Source: Candidatus Bathyarchaeota archaeon
GTDB lineage: Archaea; Thermoproteota; Bathyarchaeia; 40CM-2-53-6
Direction: 5' to 3'
NCBI GenBank assembly: GCA_963726255.1
Contig: CAVSBL010000002.1
Span: forward strand, 1,600,001-1,664,000
DNA: 64,000 bases
In this document: positions 1-9,707 of the stretch, one piece after another
Layout: each line of letters starts with the position of its first letter
How positions within the stretch are numbered: the stretch's first letter is position 1
Program-made: the position numbers and the translations under genes
The notes under the pieces: generated by a model
Databases searched by the model: none
Told to the model about the DNA's origin: nothing
Seen by the model: the letters and a program-made list of their open reading frames with translations, nothing else

Positions 1-185
1 TTCTCGCGCCGAGCTGATGTCAGATTGGGGTCAGGCGGCATCCTTCGCTCAAGTTCAAATTGAATGTCCTCCGTCGCTAGCTGAAGACCAGCAGGGCATC
101 CATCCACGACAGCTGCTACAGCGGGACCATGGCTCTCGCCGAAGACCATCACGCGGAAGTCTTTTCCGAATGAGCTATCTGCCAA
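1..185 (-). CDS. aroC: chorismate synthase, N-terminal part (runs off window)
   Basis: Manual translation from TTG at 185: [34 protein letters not shown]...SARRE. Contains the AroC GESHG and DGCPAG motifs and overlaps the aroA stop. Not in the ORF track. Confidence 0.93.
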   Translation of the reverse strand, partial: MADSSFGKDFRVMVFGESHGPAVAAVVDGCPAGLQLATEDIQFELERRMPPDPNLTSARRE

Positions 186-1446
186 ATACTTCAACTCCGA
201 GTAACCGCAGATCATTGAAGAAGGTTGGATATGATTTGCTGACGCATTCAGCACCTTCTATGACAACTTGGCCTTTTGCCATTAGGGCCGCTGCGCTAAG
301 CGCCATTGCAACCCTATGATCGCCATGCGAGCGGACGTTACCGCCCCGTAGTGAGCGTGGTCCATGGACAAGTAGACTGTCGTTGACCTCTTCGATTTCC
401 CCGCCAAGCACCCTTAGCTCTGATGCGACTGCGTTTAGTCTATCTGATTCTTTGTAGCGCAACCTGCCTGCTCCGGTAATTCGAGTTTCTCCATCCGCGT
501 AGCATCCAAGAACCGCCAGTATGGGGCCGAGGTCCGGGCAATCACGGATGTCGATGATGATGCCATTTAGCTGGCCACCTTCCACAAGCAGCCCTTCTGG
601 AATGAATCGTGTCGCGACTCCCATTCTGGACAGGATGCTGACCACAACTGAATCAGGCTCAGAATTCTCTTGCAAGAGGCCGCGAATTAGTAGCTTGGAA
701 TCAGTTATGGCAGCGGCAGACATAACGAACGAAGCAGATGAGAAGTCGCCCGGAACCCGGTCGGCGGCTGGGGCGTACGTTTGCTTTGGCTGTATTTCGA
801 AGAGAGACATTTCATAGTTCGACTTGACCTGGATTCCATGATGTTTCATGATTTCCATAGTCAGCCGTACGTACCCTCGTGATTCCAGCGGCGAGGTCAT
901 CTCCAAGCGCAGCCCTTCCTGCATCATCGGGGCAGCGAGAAGTAGTCCTGAGACAAATTGGGAACTTACGTCGCCGCGAATCTGAATTCTTCCGCCTAGA
1001 GGCGGACCACCCGCGACTCGAATGCCACGCTTTGAGGAGGCTACCTCCACACCAAGTTGATCCATGGCTTCAGCCAACGGTTCAATCGGCCGACGAATCA
1101 AGCCTTCGCTGCCCGTGAACATGATCTCTTCTCCTGTAAGCGATGCGATTGGAATTGTGAAACGCAAAGTAACCCCGGATTCGCCGCAGTGAATTTCCTT
1201 TTTGACCGTCGTCGGATGCCCATTGCTTCGGATGGTCCAAACATTTGTCCTACGCTCGAGACTTGCGCCCAGGGCTGAAATGGCGGCCGCCGTTGTTTCA
1301 GTGTCGTCGCATAAGAGCGGGTTCTCAATTTCGGTAATCCCATGGGATAGAAGTCCAGCGAATAGCGCCCGATGTGTGTGGGCTTTGGAAGGTGGCGCGG
1401 TTACGTCGCCTGAAAGAACCCGTCTCGGAGTTATGGTAACTTTCAA
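175..1446 (-). CDS. aroA: 3-phosphoshikimate 1-carboxyvinyltransferase (EPSP synthase)
   Basis: [43 protein letters not shown] and KSYPTF motifs. Confidence 0.97.
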   Translation of the reverse strand: MKVTITPRRVLSGDVTAPPSKAHTHRALFAGLLSHGITEIENPLLCDDTETTAAAISALGASLERRTNVWTIRSNGHPTTVKKEIHCGESGVTLRFTIPIASLTGEEIMFTGSEGLIRRPIEPLAEAMDQLGVEVASSKRGIRVAGGPPLGGRIQIRGDVSSQFVSGLLLAAPMMQEGLRLEMTSPLESRGYVRLTMEIMKHHGIQVKSNYEMSLFEIQPKQTYAPAADRVPGDFSSASFVMSAAAITDSKLLIRGLLQENSEPDSVVVSILSRMGVATRFIPEGLLVEGGQLNGIIIDIRDCPDLGPILAVLGCYADGETRITGAGRLRYKESDRLNAVASELRVLGGEIEEVNDSLLVHGPRSLRGGNVRSHGDHRVAMALSAAALMAKGQVVIEGAECVSKSYPTFFNDLRLLGVEVFGR

Positions 1447-2324
1447 CTTGCCGCCCCCAAGGGTCGAGCTTTCTCAAAGTTGAACGATGTTTCGATTATT
1501 CTGCCAGAGAGTGAACTCCAAGCGGAAAGAACGTTTTCTACTTTGGCCTTCGGGACGACGGCAGCTACTGCAGGACCTTTTCCAGTCAGCCCGGCAGCGA
1601 TGGCCCCTTCGTGAAGGGCTAGCCTGGCCGGCTTTGTATTGTAGGCGAAGGCTTTGCAATAGATTAGGCCGTTCAATGTCATGGAATTCCAATAGTTTCC
1701 ATTCGCGGCCTCTTTGTGGGCGACTTGAACGAAAAGCCTGAACTTTCTTAGAGAATCCCGGTTAACCTCGCTGGTATACTTCTTGTGGTTTGGCAGATGG
1801 ATGAGAACGTGAAAACGGCCTTTCGGCTTGAACCGTTTGAGAATTCGCCTGTGCGTGTTGTCTGTTACCACAAGACCACCGAAGTAGCACGCGCAGGCGT
1901 CGTCATAGGCACCTGTTAACGTTACTCCCGCACCGAGGCTGGACTCAACACCCAGCTTTACGGTCTGGATATCACTTATCCTTCGTCCCAGAACTCTCAG
2001 GCTTGCTAGTACGACGGCGTTGCTGGCCGCGCTGCTGCTTTTCAGGCCGACTGCCACTGGAATATTGGAAGATGTTTCAACGAGCGCGCCCAAGGTTTCG
2101 TCTGCTTTGAATTTGTGGAAGGTATGGCGAGCTGCTGTTTCAATTAGTCTGGTGTCTTCACGTGGGTCGGTCAGGTTACGTCCCCTGAATTCGCCCGGTT
2201 GAGTTGTCAGCGTTACCTTCGCTCGCGTCCAAAGCCGAACGCCCAAGGCTGCGCCTTTACCCGTGGCCATGGCGTTCACTACGGTAACCGCTCCATGGCT
2301 TATCGCCTCAGCTACTTTCCGCAT
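1443..2324 (-). CDS. aroK: archaeal shikimate kinase (GHMP family)
   Basis: GAVTVVNAMATGKGAA, IPVAVGLKSSSA, TGAYDDACA and GLTGKGPA motifs; aro operon context. Confidence 0.95.
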   Translation of the reverse strand: MRKVAEAISHGAVTVVNAMATGKGAALGVRLWTRAKVTLTTQPGEFRGRNLTDPREDTRLIETAARHTFHKFKADETLGALVETSSNIPVAVGLKSSSAASNAVVLASLRVLGRRISDIQTVKLGVESSLGAGVTLTGAYDDACACYFGGLVVTDNTHRRILKRFKPKGRFHVLIHLPNHKKYTSEVNRDSLRKFRLFVQVAHKEAANGNYWNSMTLNGLIYCKAFAYNTKPARLALHEGAIAAGLTGKGPAVAAVVPKAKVENVLSAWSSLSGRIIETSFNFEKARPLGAAS

Positions 2325-3195
2325 GCTTCATCGCCAAAAGGCCCTGGGCTATCGCGTGGCGCATCTCGAGTATCGGAGCTTTTCTTCCCGTCCACAACTC
2401 GAAGGTGCAGGCGCCTTGATTTACTAACATGTCCAACCCGCCGATGGTCCTTGCGCCAGCCGAGTCTGCAAGCTGAAGTAGTCTAGTTTGAGGTGGCCTG
2501 TACACTATGTCGAAGACCAATTGGTTTGAACGCAACCAGTCCGCTTCGATAGGCGGGTTGGCCACCCCGTCAGTTCCCATCGACGACGCGTTGATGACGA
2601 TATCCGCCTCCGTGATAAAATCCTTCAGCAGCTTACTCGAGAGGGGGACATGCGTAACCTCGATGTGGAATCTCCTGCGTATTCGATTTGCCAACTCCCT
2701 TGACTTCGAGATTGTTCTATTAACGAGCCTAATTGAGTTAGTTTGTTGGGCAAGAACGTAGGCAATAGCACGGCTTGCGCCGCCAGCGCCGAAGATTAGA
2801 ACCGATTTTCCCTTGGGTGTTGCGTCCGCCTCTTCTAGTGCCTTAACGGCTCCGATCCCATCTGTGTTGAAACCCCAAAGTTTCCCGTTTTCGTTGACGA
2901 CGGTGTTCACGGATTCGATTGCAGCCGCTGAGGTTTCTACCTTGTCAAGATAGCGCAGAACATTGACCTTGTGAGGAGCTGTCACGTTGAACCCTTTCAC
3001 CTTCAAAGTTCGCAGACCTTTGACGCCATCTCTCAAATCCTCACGCCGAACGTGAAAGGGCACGTATACGGCGTCAATTCCGGTTGAGCGAAACGCCGTG
3101 TTTTGGATCGCTGGGCTCATGGAATGGTCGATGGGGTCTCCTATCAAACCGTAGACCGTCGTCTTTCCAGAAATCCTTCGGCTACTGAACTCCAA
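2308..3195 (-). CDS. aroE: shikimate dehydrogenase
   Basis: GDPIDHSMSP, GFNVTAPHK, NTDG, GAGGASRA, DIVYRP and GLDMLVNQG motifs; TTG at 3195 preferred to the track start at 3210. Confidence 0.95.
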   Translation of the reverse strand: MEFSSRRISGKTTVYGLIGDPIDHSMSPAIQNTAFRSTGIDAVYVPFHVRREDLRDGVKGLRTLKVKGFNVTAPHKVNVLRYLDKVETSAAAIESVNTVVNENGKLWGFNTDGIGAVKALEEADATPKGKSVLIFGAGGASRAIAYVLAQQTNSIRLVNRTISKSRELANRIRRRFHIEVTHVPLSSKLLKDFITEADIVINASSMGTDGVANPPIEADWLRSNQLVFDIVYRPPQTRLLQLADSAGARTIGGLDMLVNQGACTFELWTGRKAPILEMRHAIAQGLLAMKHAESS

Positions 3196-3844
3196 GTAGT
3201 TGCCACACACTTCGAAGGTTGTCGATCGTTAGTTGACCGTCCGCAGTCCTGGACGCTTCGTTGAGTGAAGCGAACGTAAATTCAGCGCCGAACAGCGGCG
3301 AAAGGATTCTGGATGGAATGCCTTGCTGGCCCATGGCGAACGACACTAGCCTCGTTTTTGATGATTCTTCTTCGAGAAAGTGTAGAATGTTCAGATTATC
3401 GTGCGGATGAACCGCGGTCGTAACTACCTTACAGATATCGCTCCCGGTCTTAATTTGTGAATACAAGGTTTCTTTCAGTTCATTTGGCGATGGCGTTTTC
3501 GAGAAGTTATGGAACGATAGTATCACTTCGGCACCGCGCGACCTTAGCTCAGGAATGGTCGCCCTGGTTAGAGGGGAAGCAGTGTCTAAGTCTACGAATT
3601 CAAACCCCGCCGAGGCAGCTTCTAACAGAAGCTTCTTGGTCGTGGCAACGTCTCGACGTGACTTATCGGTAGCTATCGCTGGGCAAGTCTTCTTCTTTGC
3701 AATCTGCTCAAGCGTTCCAGAGTTGTTTAGGTTATCGAGCCTGAACTCTACCAAGTCTGGTTTCTTCTGTGATATTGCATTCAGTAGATTGTCGAGGGTC
3801 TCACTGCCATCTACCATGACGGAGAGGCAGATCCTGCAGGTCAG
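3182..3844 (-). CDS. aroD: type I 3-dehydroquinate dehydratase
   Basis: DLVEFRLD, ILSFHNF, DICKVV, FAMGQQGIPSR and TADGQ motifs. The first beta strand (RICLSV) lies upstream of ATG 3817, implying a CTG start at 3844. Confidence 0.92.
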   Translation of the reverse strand: MTCRICLSVMVDGSETLDNLLNAISQKKPDLVEFRLDNLNNSGTLEQIAKKKTCPAIATDKSRRDVATTKKLLLEAASAGFEFVDLDTASPLTRATIPELRSRGAEVILSFHNFSKTPSPNELKETLYSQIKTGSDICKVVTTAVHPHDNLNILHFLEEESSKTRLVSFAMGQQGIPSRILSPLFGAEFTFASLNEASRTADGQLTIDNLRSVWQLLGVQ

Positions 3845-4899
3845 CGTTCTATCACCATTTCATCGGCTACCAGAGTTCCAAAGTGGCGTCCGCCATCTTC
3901 GACCCTCACCAAGACTTCGTCCCCCGCTTTGAGCTCCGAGACTGACTTCGAACCTCCATTTGAGACAAGACGCACCGTTTCAGCGTTTTGCACGATCAGT
4001 GAGAACGAGCGCCCGTCAACTTCCGCTTCGACAAGAATCATAGGTCTTCGTTCGATTTTCACACGCCCCACGTGCCCCAGTCTTGCACGTCCCGACCGGT
4101 TCACGATCAGGACTTCATCGCCCGCCTTTAGTTCCGACAGGTAGCGAGTCTTGTAGCCAGGCGTGAGGATGTAGGAGGAAACAGGTCCGGCGTTAACGCG
4201 AAATGGACGTGGTTCAACATGAGGGTTCTTGTGGACTTCCGCTTCCGCCAATAACAATCCAGAGGACTGAGACCCTACGAGCATGCCTTCGCCGGGATTC
4301 ATTAGTTCACAGGTGTCGACGCAGACTCTGGCACCTAGGCCAAGCGGCCTGACCAAGGTAACTTTGCCTCTCAACAGCTCTACGGTCTCATACAACTGTT
4401 TCAGAAAACAATCCATTTCTTCAATCTCGTTCGGTGAGCTAGGGGTGATTACTACTCCATCAACCCCAATTTCCAGTGTGTGTAAAGCAACCTTGGCTTC
4501 GCTCAGGCTTTGCACATCTGCGAGGAGGGTGATCTTGTTCCTGGTGCGAGCGATGAGGTTTTCGAGTGGGATAATTTTCCAGTTGGGGCAGCTGACTAGA
4601 ATGTACCGAATGCCAAGCTCGGCCAGCTGAACCACTTTCTGCTCATCTGAGCTGTCCTTGACCACAACCTCAAGAGCTGAGTTGTCTAAGACATCTTTGT
4701 CCAGTTCATGGCTGTCTGAAAGAAGTCTGATCTCAGAACGCTCGTCAATTGAAGCCGTCTTGAGTTTCAAGCCACTTGCAAGTGGAAGATCGGCTGAGGG
4801 AAGTAACGCAACGTCGCAACGACCCTCAGCCGTTTTCAGCAGCTCCACTTTATGAGTTGGGGATGAATCAGGATTGATTCTAACCCAGAGTTGCTTCAC
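3841..4899 (-). CDS. aroB': 3-dehydroquinate synthase II (archaeal type)
   Basis: WKIIPLENLIA, RVCVDT, GMLVGS, RPFRVNAG, YLSELKAG, QNAETVRL and GRHFG motifs; GTG start at 4899 overlaps the upstream stop. Confidence 0.95.
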   Translation of the reverse strand: MKQLWVRINPDSSPTHKVELLKTAEGRCDVALLPSADLPLASGLKLKTASIDERSEIRLLSDSHELDKDVLDNSALEVVVKDSSDEQKVVQLAELGIRYILVSCPNWKIIPLENLIARTRNKITLLADVQSLSEAKVALHTLEIGVDGVVITPSSPNEIEEMDCFLKQLYETVELLRGKVTLVRPLGLGARVCVDTCELMNPGEGMLVGSQSSGLLLAEAEVHKNPHVEPRPFRVNAGPVSSYILTPGYKTRYLSELKAGDEVLIVNRSGRARLGHVGRVKIERRPMILVEAEVDGRSFSLIVQNAETVRLVSNGGSKSVSELKAGDEVLVRVEDGGRHFGTLVADEMVIER

Positions 4900-5693
4900 T
4901 AGGACCCCTCCAACAACTTCATGGAACTTTGCGCACTGGCGCCTTCGTGAACAATCGCGGAAAGGGCCTTGCACATAGCCTCTGGTTTCTCGTGCTGAAA
5001 CACATTCCGGCCAAACGAAAGGCCAGCAGCACCAGATTTGATGGAGCTCTCCGCGAGTTCAAGAACATCGAGGTCGGTTTTCATTCTTGGCCCACCAGCA
5101 ACAACTACAGGAACCGGACAGCCGCGAACGACCCTTCGGAAGCTCTCTTCATCTCCAGTGTAGACTGTCTTTACAATGTCTGCCCCCAGCTCGGCTCCAA
5201 TTCTAGCAGCGTGGGAAACAACTTCGAATTCATTCTCGTTCTTTATGTTTGGACCCCGCGGGTACATCATTGCAAGCAAGGGTATCCCAAAGGAATCGCA
5301 TTGTTCAGATAGACTCCCGAGAAACTCAAGCATCCTATCCTCTTCTTCGGAACCGATGTTTATGTGAGCCGAAACCGCATCCGCCCCAAGCCTGACCGCT
5401 TCCTCGAGCGTGCAAACGCCCACTTTCAGGTTCGGTTTGCTGCCAAGTTTGGTTGAGGCGGACACATGGATGATTAGCCCGGTGTTATGAGTGTCTACAT
5501 GTTTCGCTATTCCCTTGTGCACTAAGACCGCATCGGCTCCACCCTTTACGACGTTTTTCACGGCCTCCTGCATATTCTCTAGCCCTCGAACTGGACCCAG
5601 CGTCACGCCATGATCCATGGCGATTATGAAGGTCCTCGAATCATTCCGAACGATTCGTCGAATTCTCCTCGTCTTGCCTGATTCCATTTCCAT
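4899..5693 (-). CDS. aroA': 2-amino-3,7-dideoxy-D-threo-hept-6-ulosonate (ADH) synthase, class I aldolase family
   Basis: AMDHGVTLGP, MMYPRG, ELGADIVKT, AGGP and GRNVFQH motifs; adjacent to DHQ synthase II. Confidence 0.92.
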   Translation of the reverse strand: MEMESGKTRRIRRIVRNDSRTFIIAMDHGVTLGPVRGLENMQEAVKNVVKGGADAVLVHKGIAKHVDTHNTGLIIHVSASTKLGSKPNLKVGVCTLEEAVRLGADAVSAHINIGSEEEDRMLEFLGSLSEQCDSFGIPLLAMMYPRGPNIKNENEFEVVSHAARIGAELGADIVKTVYTGDEESFRRVVRGCPVPVVVAGGPRMKTDLDVLELAESSIKSGAAGLSFGRNVFQHEKPEAMCKALSAIVHEGASAQSSMKLLEGS

Positions 5694-5700
5694 ATCACCA

Positions 5701-6732
5701 TCAGATGTAACCCTGGGATTTCATTGACTCAGCGATGAGAACAGCGCAACCCGCGGCGCCCCGAACAGTGTTATGCCCAAGCACAACATATTTCACGCCA
5801 TTAAACACAGGATCCTTTCGCACCCTACCCACAACTATTGACATCCCTCCGCCCTCGTTTCTGTCGAAACGTGGTTGCGGCCGATCCTGTTCTAACCGCA
5901 CGATGATTGGTCGTTCTGGCGCTGATGGTAGCTTGAGTGCTTGTGGTTCGGCAGCGAACTCGGCCATGCAGTCTGCGACTTGCTCCGGTTTCGCTGGCCT
6001 TACGGTTTGCACGAAAACTGCTTCGGTGTGACCGTCAATTACAGGCACTCGGTGGCAGCTAGTCGATACGTTGAACTCCGCTGGCTGCCCCAGATTCCCC
6101 AGGATTTTCTTTGTTTCCCGTTGAACTTTCTCCTCTTCCTCTTCTATGAATGGGATCACGTTGTCGATGATATCAAGCGACGGAACGCCCGGGTATCCAG
6201 CGCCCGATGTTGCTTGCATCGAAGACATCACAACGCTCTTCACGCCGTATCTGTCGTAGATTGGTTTCAGTGAAAGGCTGAGTACGGCCGTGGTGCAGTT
6301 AGGGTTGGTGACTAAAGCCCCATCCCAGTTCCTCGTGTGCCTCTGCTCGTCGATGAGTTTGAAGTGGCTGAAGTTCACTTCAGGGTTGATTAGCGGGACA
6401 TCGGGCTCCATCCTGTGCGCTGAAGCGTTGCTAACCACGACATACCCAGCCTTCGCGAAAGTCTGCTCGGTTTCAGTCGCTTGGTCGGCGGGGAGAGCTG
6501 AGAAAACGACGTCTGCATCAACTTCCTTGGGATCAGAAGGCTGAACGGTCTGTTCAGCGATTCCTTCCGTTAGCCTGGTTTGCATCCTCCAGGTGGCCGC
6601 CTCACCATACCTCATCCCGACTGTCCTTTCCGACCCAGTGAGCGTGGTAATCTCGAACCATGGATGATCGTTCAATAGTTGTACGAACCGTTGGCCAACG
6701 AGGCCAGTTGCTCCCAATATTGCTGCTTTCAT
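5701..6732 (-). CDS. asd: aspartate-semialdehyde dehydrogenase
   Basis: GATGLVGQRF, NPNCTT, QATSGAG, CHRVPVIDGH and HNTVRGAAG motifs. Confidence 0.97.
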   Translation of the reverse strand: MKAAILGATGLVGQRFVQLLNDHPWFEITTLTGSERTVGMRYGEAATWRMQTRLTEGIAEQTVQPSDPKEVDADVVFSALPADQATETEQTFAKAGYVVVSNASAHRMEPDVPLINPEVNFSHFKLIDEQRHTRNWDGALVTNPNCTTAVLSLSLKPIYDRYGVKSVVMSSMQATSGAGYPGVPSLDIIDNVIPFIEEEEEKVQRETKKILGNLGQPAEFNVSTSCHRVPVIDGHTEAVFVQTVRPAKPEQVADCMAEFAAEPQALKLPSAPERPIIVRLEQDRPQPRFDRNEGGGMSIVVGRVRKDPVFNGVKYVVLGHNTVRGAAGCAVLIAESMKSQGYI

Positions 6733-6733
6733 T

Positions 6734-8086
6734 CTACAATTCGCCCCTCACAACTTGCCTCATGAGATTCAACGCGGACTCTCTCTCATCCCAAGAAACG
6801 AACACAAGGATACTCGAAGCTAGGGTCAGGATTCCGACGATGTTGATTCGATTCTCTTGAAGGCGGTCCGACATTCTGCCTATTATTCCAGGCGTATCCT
6901 CCAGCCCAACGCCTTTGACTTTCAGGAAAGCCAAGTTCGTCTTGACTGACATTGCAAGTGTTTCACCACATTTGGTGACCACGTCATGGACACTCGTGAG
7001 GAGAGAATCGGACGTGTTTTGTGGCACATAGAAGATCACGGAGTCAAAGTTCGCGGAGAGCCCATCAAGCGTCGAATGTCTCCGTATCTCACGTACTACG
7101 CTTGCAAGCATTTCGGGGTTTTCGGAGATTGCTTTACCAGTTATTGTAAGCGCCATCGCGGGCGCGTCGCTGGCGAAGGTAACCTCGGTTTCGCCTGAGA
7201 TTCCGCCAGTGATGACTGTTCCGTCAGCTTCCAAGTCACCTTTGTTCTGGTTAATCACTTTGACTGGGATTTCAGGGTCTTTGTACTTCAGCGCCTTCCT
7301 ATGGATGAACTTGGTTCCTGAATCGGCTAATCCAACGAGTGTTCCGACGTCGATCCTTGCAAGTTTACGTGCGTTTGGAATGATTTTCGGATCGGCGGTG
7401 AGGATTCCGTCGGCGTCTGTTACGAGGACTACTTCGTCAGCTCCGATGGCTTTCGCTATGATGAATGCCGTTGTATCGCTTCCGCCCCGCCCGATCGTGC
7501 TTATCTTTCCGCCTGTTGAGCGGCCCACGAAACCGGCGATTACGGGGATCGTGCCCCAGTCGAGCAGTGGGACGATGTGCTCGCGGGCTTTCTGCAAACA
7601 CAACTCGAGTATAGGGTTCGCGTTAGAGAAGTCATCATCAGTTATGATAGGCCAATCGGCGTCGGTCGGATCAAAGTACCTCGTTTCGAGGCCTTCGGCC
7701 TTAAGCGCGGTGGCGAAGATTCGTACGCTGGTTCTTTCGCCCATCGCTAGGACGTCATCTAAATCAGTCTTGTCCGGTACTCTTACGGAGTCGTGGTTAA
7801 CTAGTCCAATTAACTGGTCGGTCATACTTCCTATGGCGGATACTACGACGACAAGTCGTGTGCCCTTCGCCGTCTCTTTGGAAACAAGCCGGGCTGCTTG
7901 AGCAATATGCTCTTTATCTGCTAAGCTTGAACCGCCGAATTTGACTACGATTCTACGCGTCCTTTGTTTAGGTGAAGCTTCAGTGCGTGCAGTCATCACT
8001 GTTCGAAGTGTTGTCGGCGAAGAAATCTTACTTGATAGAGAATGGGGTGCGTTCGAGTCAGTAGCCATCACCGTAAACGTGGTCAC
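6734..8086 (-). CDS. lysC: aspartate kinase with C-terminal ACT domains (start uncertain: 8086, 8068 or 7996)
   Basis: VVKFGGSS, VVVVSA, GRGGSDTTA and DGILTADP motifs; ACT-like C-terminus. Confidence 0.93.
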   Translation of the reverse strand: MTTFTVMATDSNAPHSLSSKISSPTTLRTVMTARTEASPKQRTRRIVVKFGGSSLADKEHIAQAARLVSKETAKGTRLVVVVSAIGSMTDQLIGLVNHDSVRVPDKTDLDDVLAMGERTSVRIFATALKAEGLETRYFDPTDADWPIITDDDFSNANPILELCLQKAREHIVPLLDWGTIPVIAGFVGRSTGGKISTIGRGGSDTTAFIIAKAIGADEVVLVTDADGILTADPKIIPNARKLARIDVGTLVGLADSGTKFIHRKALKYKDPEIPVKVINQNKGDLEADGTVITGGISGETEVTFASDAPAMALTITGKAISENPEMLASVVREIRRHSTLDGLSANFDSVIFYVPQNTSDSLLTSVHDVVTKCGETLAMSVKTNLAFLKVKGVGLEDTPGIIGRMSDRLQENRINIVGILTLASSILVFVSWDERESALNLMRQVVRGEL

Positions 8087-8114
8087 CGTGCATTTTACCA
8101 GCCGTTTGTCTCAT
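8058..8114 (-). other. candidate leader peptide ORF MRQTAGKMHGDHVYGDGY
   Basis: ATG 4 nt after SD-like GAGGGGTG (8119-8126); first ORF after the TATA-like box; two TAC codons among the last five. Confidence 0.5.
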
Positions 8115-8153
8115 GCTACACCCCTCGGTAGCTCAGCGCATCCAACGAGAGTG

Positions 8154-8161
8154 ACTTAAAA
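8154..8161 (-). promoter_or_regulatory. TATA-box candidate (TTTTAAGT) for the lysC-asd-aro operon
   Basis: AT-rich octamer about 45 nt upstream of the leader ATG, in the only intergenic gap. Confidence 0.55.
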
Positions 8162-8204
8162 GATTTCCTCAGCCAATCAGCATAAACATGCATCGGAAAA
8201 CGAT

Positions 8205-8897
8205 TCACATTCCTGTGTACAGGCGCTCAGCCAAGAATACCGGCAGCCCAGCCCGAACAATTTTGTCTGCGACTGCGTCAACGTCATACTCCACACGTTT
8301 GACATCAAAGGATAATCTTCCTTCCGAGACAGTTAAGGTTGCGAAGCTCGCGCGAGGATCGCCATCACGCGGCTGACCGACGCTGCCTGGGTTACCTAGC
8401 ATCTCCTTATCGAATGAATACAGCATTGGAATATGCGTATGACCGAGCAACAATATTTCGGCGCCGCTACTCTCAATCAATTTCCGTGCGGCCGCACTAG
8501 GCATGCCCGGGAAAACATACTCTGTCAGTGGGTCACGTGGACTGCCGTGAAAGAGGCCTAGGAGCATACCGCCCTTCTCCAAGCTGGCTGAAGGCTTCAA
8601 CGCGGCCAGGTAATCACGGTGCTGAGCTGCGATTTTCTTCCTCGTCCATTCGACAGCTTCAGCTGCGTGGGCAGCAAAACCTTCCGTATCACCTGTTACA
8701 ACCCCACAGTCATGGTTGCCCATTAGCACGGCGGTGGGCTTAAGCTGGCGAAGTCTCTCAACAACTTCGTTTGGTTGAGGGCCATACCCTACCAGGTCGC
8801 CTAAGCAAAAGAGTTCATCGTAATCAGGCAGGTTGGCGATGACTGCTTCGAAAGCATCGAGATTCGAATGAATATCAGAAAAGACCACGATTTTCAA
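8205..8897 (-). CDS. calcineurin-like metallophosphoesterase (YfcE/MJ0936-like)
   Basis: SDIHSN, GDLVGYG, GNHD, HGSP, GHTH and NPGSVGQPRD motifs. Confidence 0.93.
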   Translation of the reverse strand: MKIVVFSDIHSNLDAFEAVIANLPDYDELFCLGDLVGYGPQPNEVVERLRQLKPTAVLMGNHDCGVVTGDTEGFAAHAAEAVEWTRKKIAAQHRDYLAALKPSASLEKGGMLLGLFHGSPRDPLTEYVFPGMPSAAARKLIESSGAEILLLGHTHIPMLYSFDKEMLGNPGSVGQPRDGDPRASFATLTVSEGRLSFDVKRVEYDVDAVADKIVRAGLPVFLAERLYTGM

Positions 8898-8957
8898 TGC
8901 GAAAAGCCGTATACTGAAGCAGTACGACTGTGAAATGGTTGATGGTTTGACTTGGAG

Positions 8958-9545
8958 TCAGAGTTCCAAGTCGATCTGCTCGACGTATGAAAGATCTTCC
9001 CCACAGTATGGGCAAAGCTTGAATTTTCTGTCGATCCTCTTTCCGCATTCGGGGCATTCGACTTTGAGCGGGTACCTGCAGAATGGGCATAATGCAAAGT
9101 CGGCTGCAACCTTGCGCCCGCATTTCTTGCACACCTGTTCGCCGCTGCTGTCTACACTGTGGCTTGCGTGCTCCGGGCTTTGGATGATGACGGGTAACGG
9201 TTGTCCGGAACCGGAGGTCGGGTCGTGAACGATGTTTTCGCGAAGAATGCGGTGAAGTTGGAATGCATCAGCTTTCGCTAGGTTACCAATCTTAATGTTT
9301 TGAACGCCAGACCGCATTAGGATTTCGACGCTGGCCCTGCGTACGCCGCGGTCGAGTTTGATGTTGACCATGTTGGAGTATGGATAGTCAACGAAGCTCT
9401 TCTTTAGCCCAAGCCCACCTGACTTGCGGATGATAATACGCTGGTCGCTCACGACCACCGTCTCACTGCCACGCAGAACCCAGATGACCTTCTCATCATA
9501 GTTGATGAGGTGTTTCATGTCGTCCGGGATGGGTAGCATCGCCAA
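8958..9545 (-). CDS. bacterial-PH-like domain plus double zinc ribbon protein
   Basis: N-terminal beta-rich bPH-like segment (VVVSDQRIII...DYPYSNM); four C-terminal CxxC pairs. Confidence 0.75.
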   Translation of the reverse strand: MAMLPIPDDMKHLINYDEKVIWVLRGSETVVVSDQRIIIRKSGGLGLKKSFVDYPYSNMVNIKLDRGVRRASVEILMRSGVQNIKIGNLAKADAFQLHRILRENIVHDPTSGSGQPLPVIIQSPEHASHSVDSSGEQVCKKCGRKVAADFALCPFCRYPLKVECPECGKRIDRKFKLCPYCGEDLSYVEQIDLEL

Positions 9546-9707
9546 GCCGTGGAGCCTCTGTTGCAGTGACCGCTAAGCATCTTTGATGATAAGATGTATT
9601 GCATTACAATACAAAAAAACTCGACAAGTTGACAGGGAAAAACGACCCAGACAATGCAATTTCATGGGCTTACACCAAGTTGAGTTAAGTAAGCTCAACC
9701 TACCTAC

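Noticed and set aside
7209-7901. Long antisense ORFs (also 46213-46845 and 28136-28651)
   Set aside because: Shadow frames of well-supported genes, with no motifs of their own.
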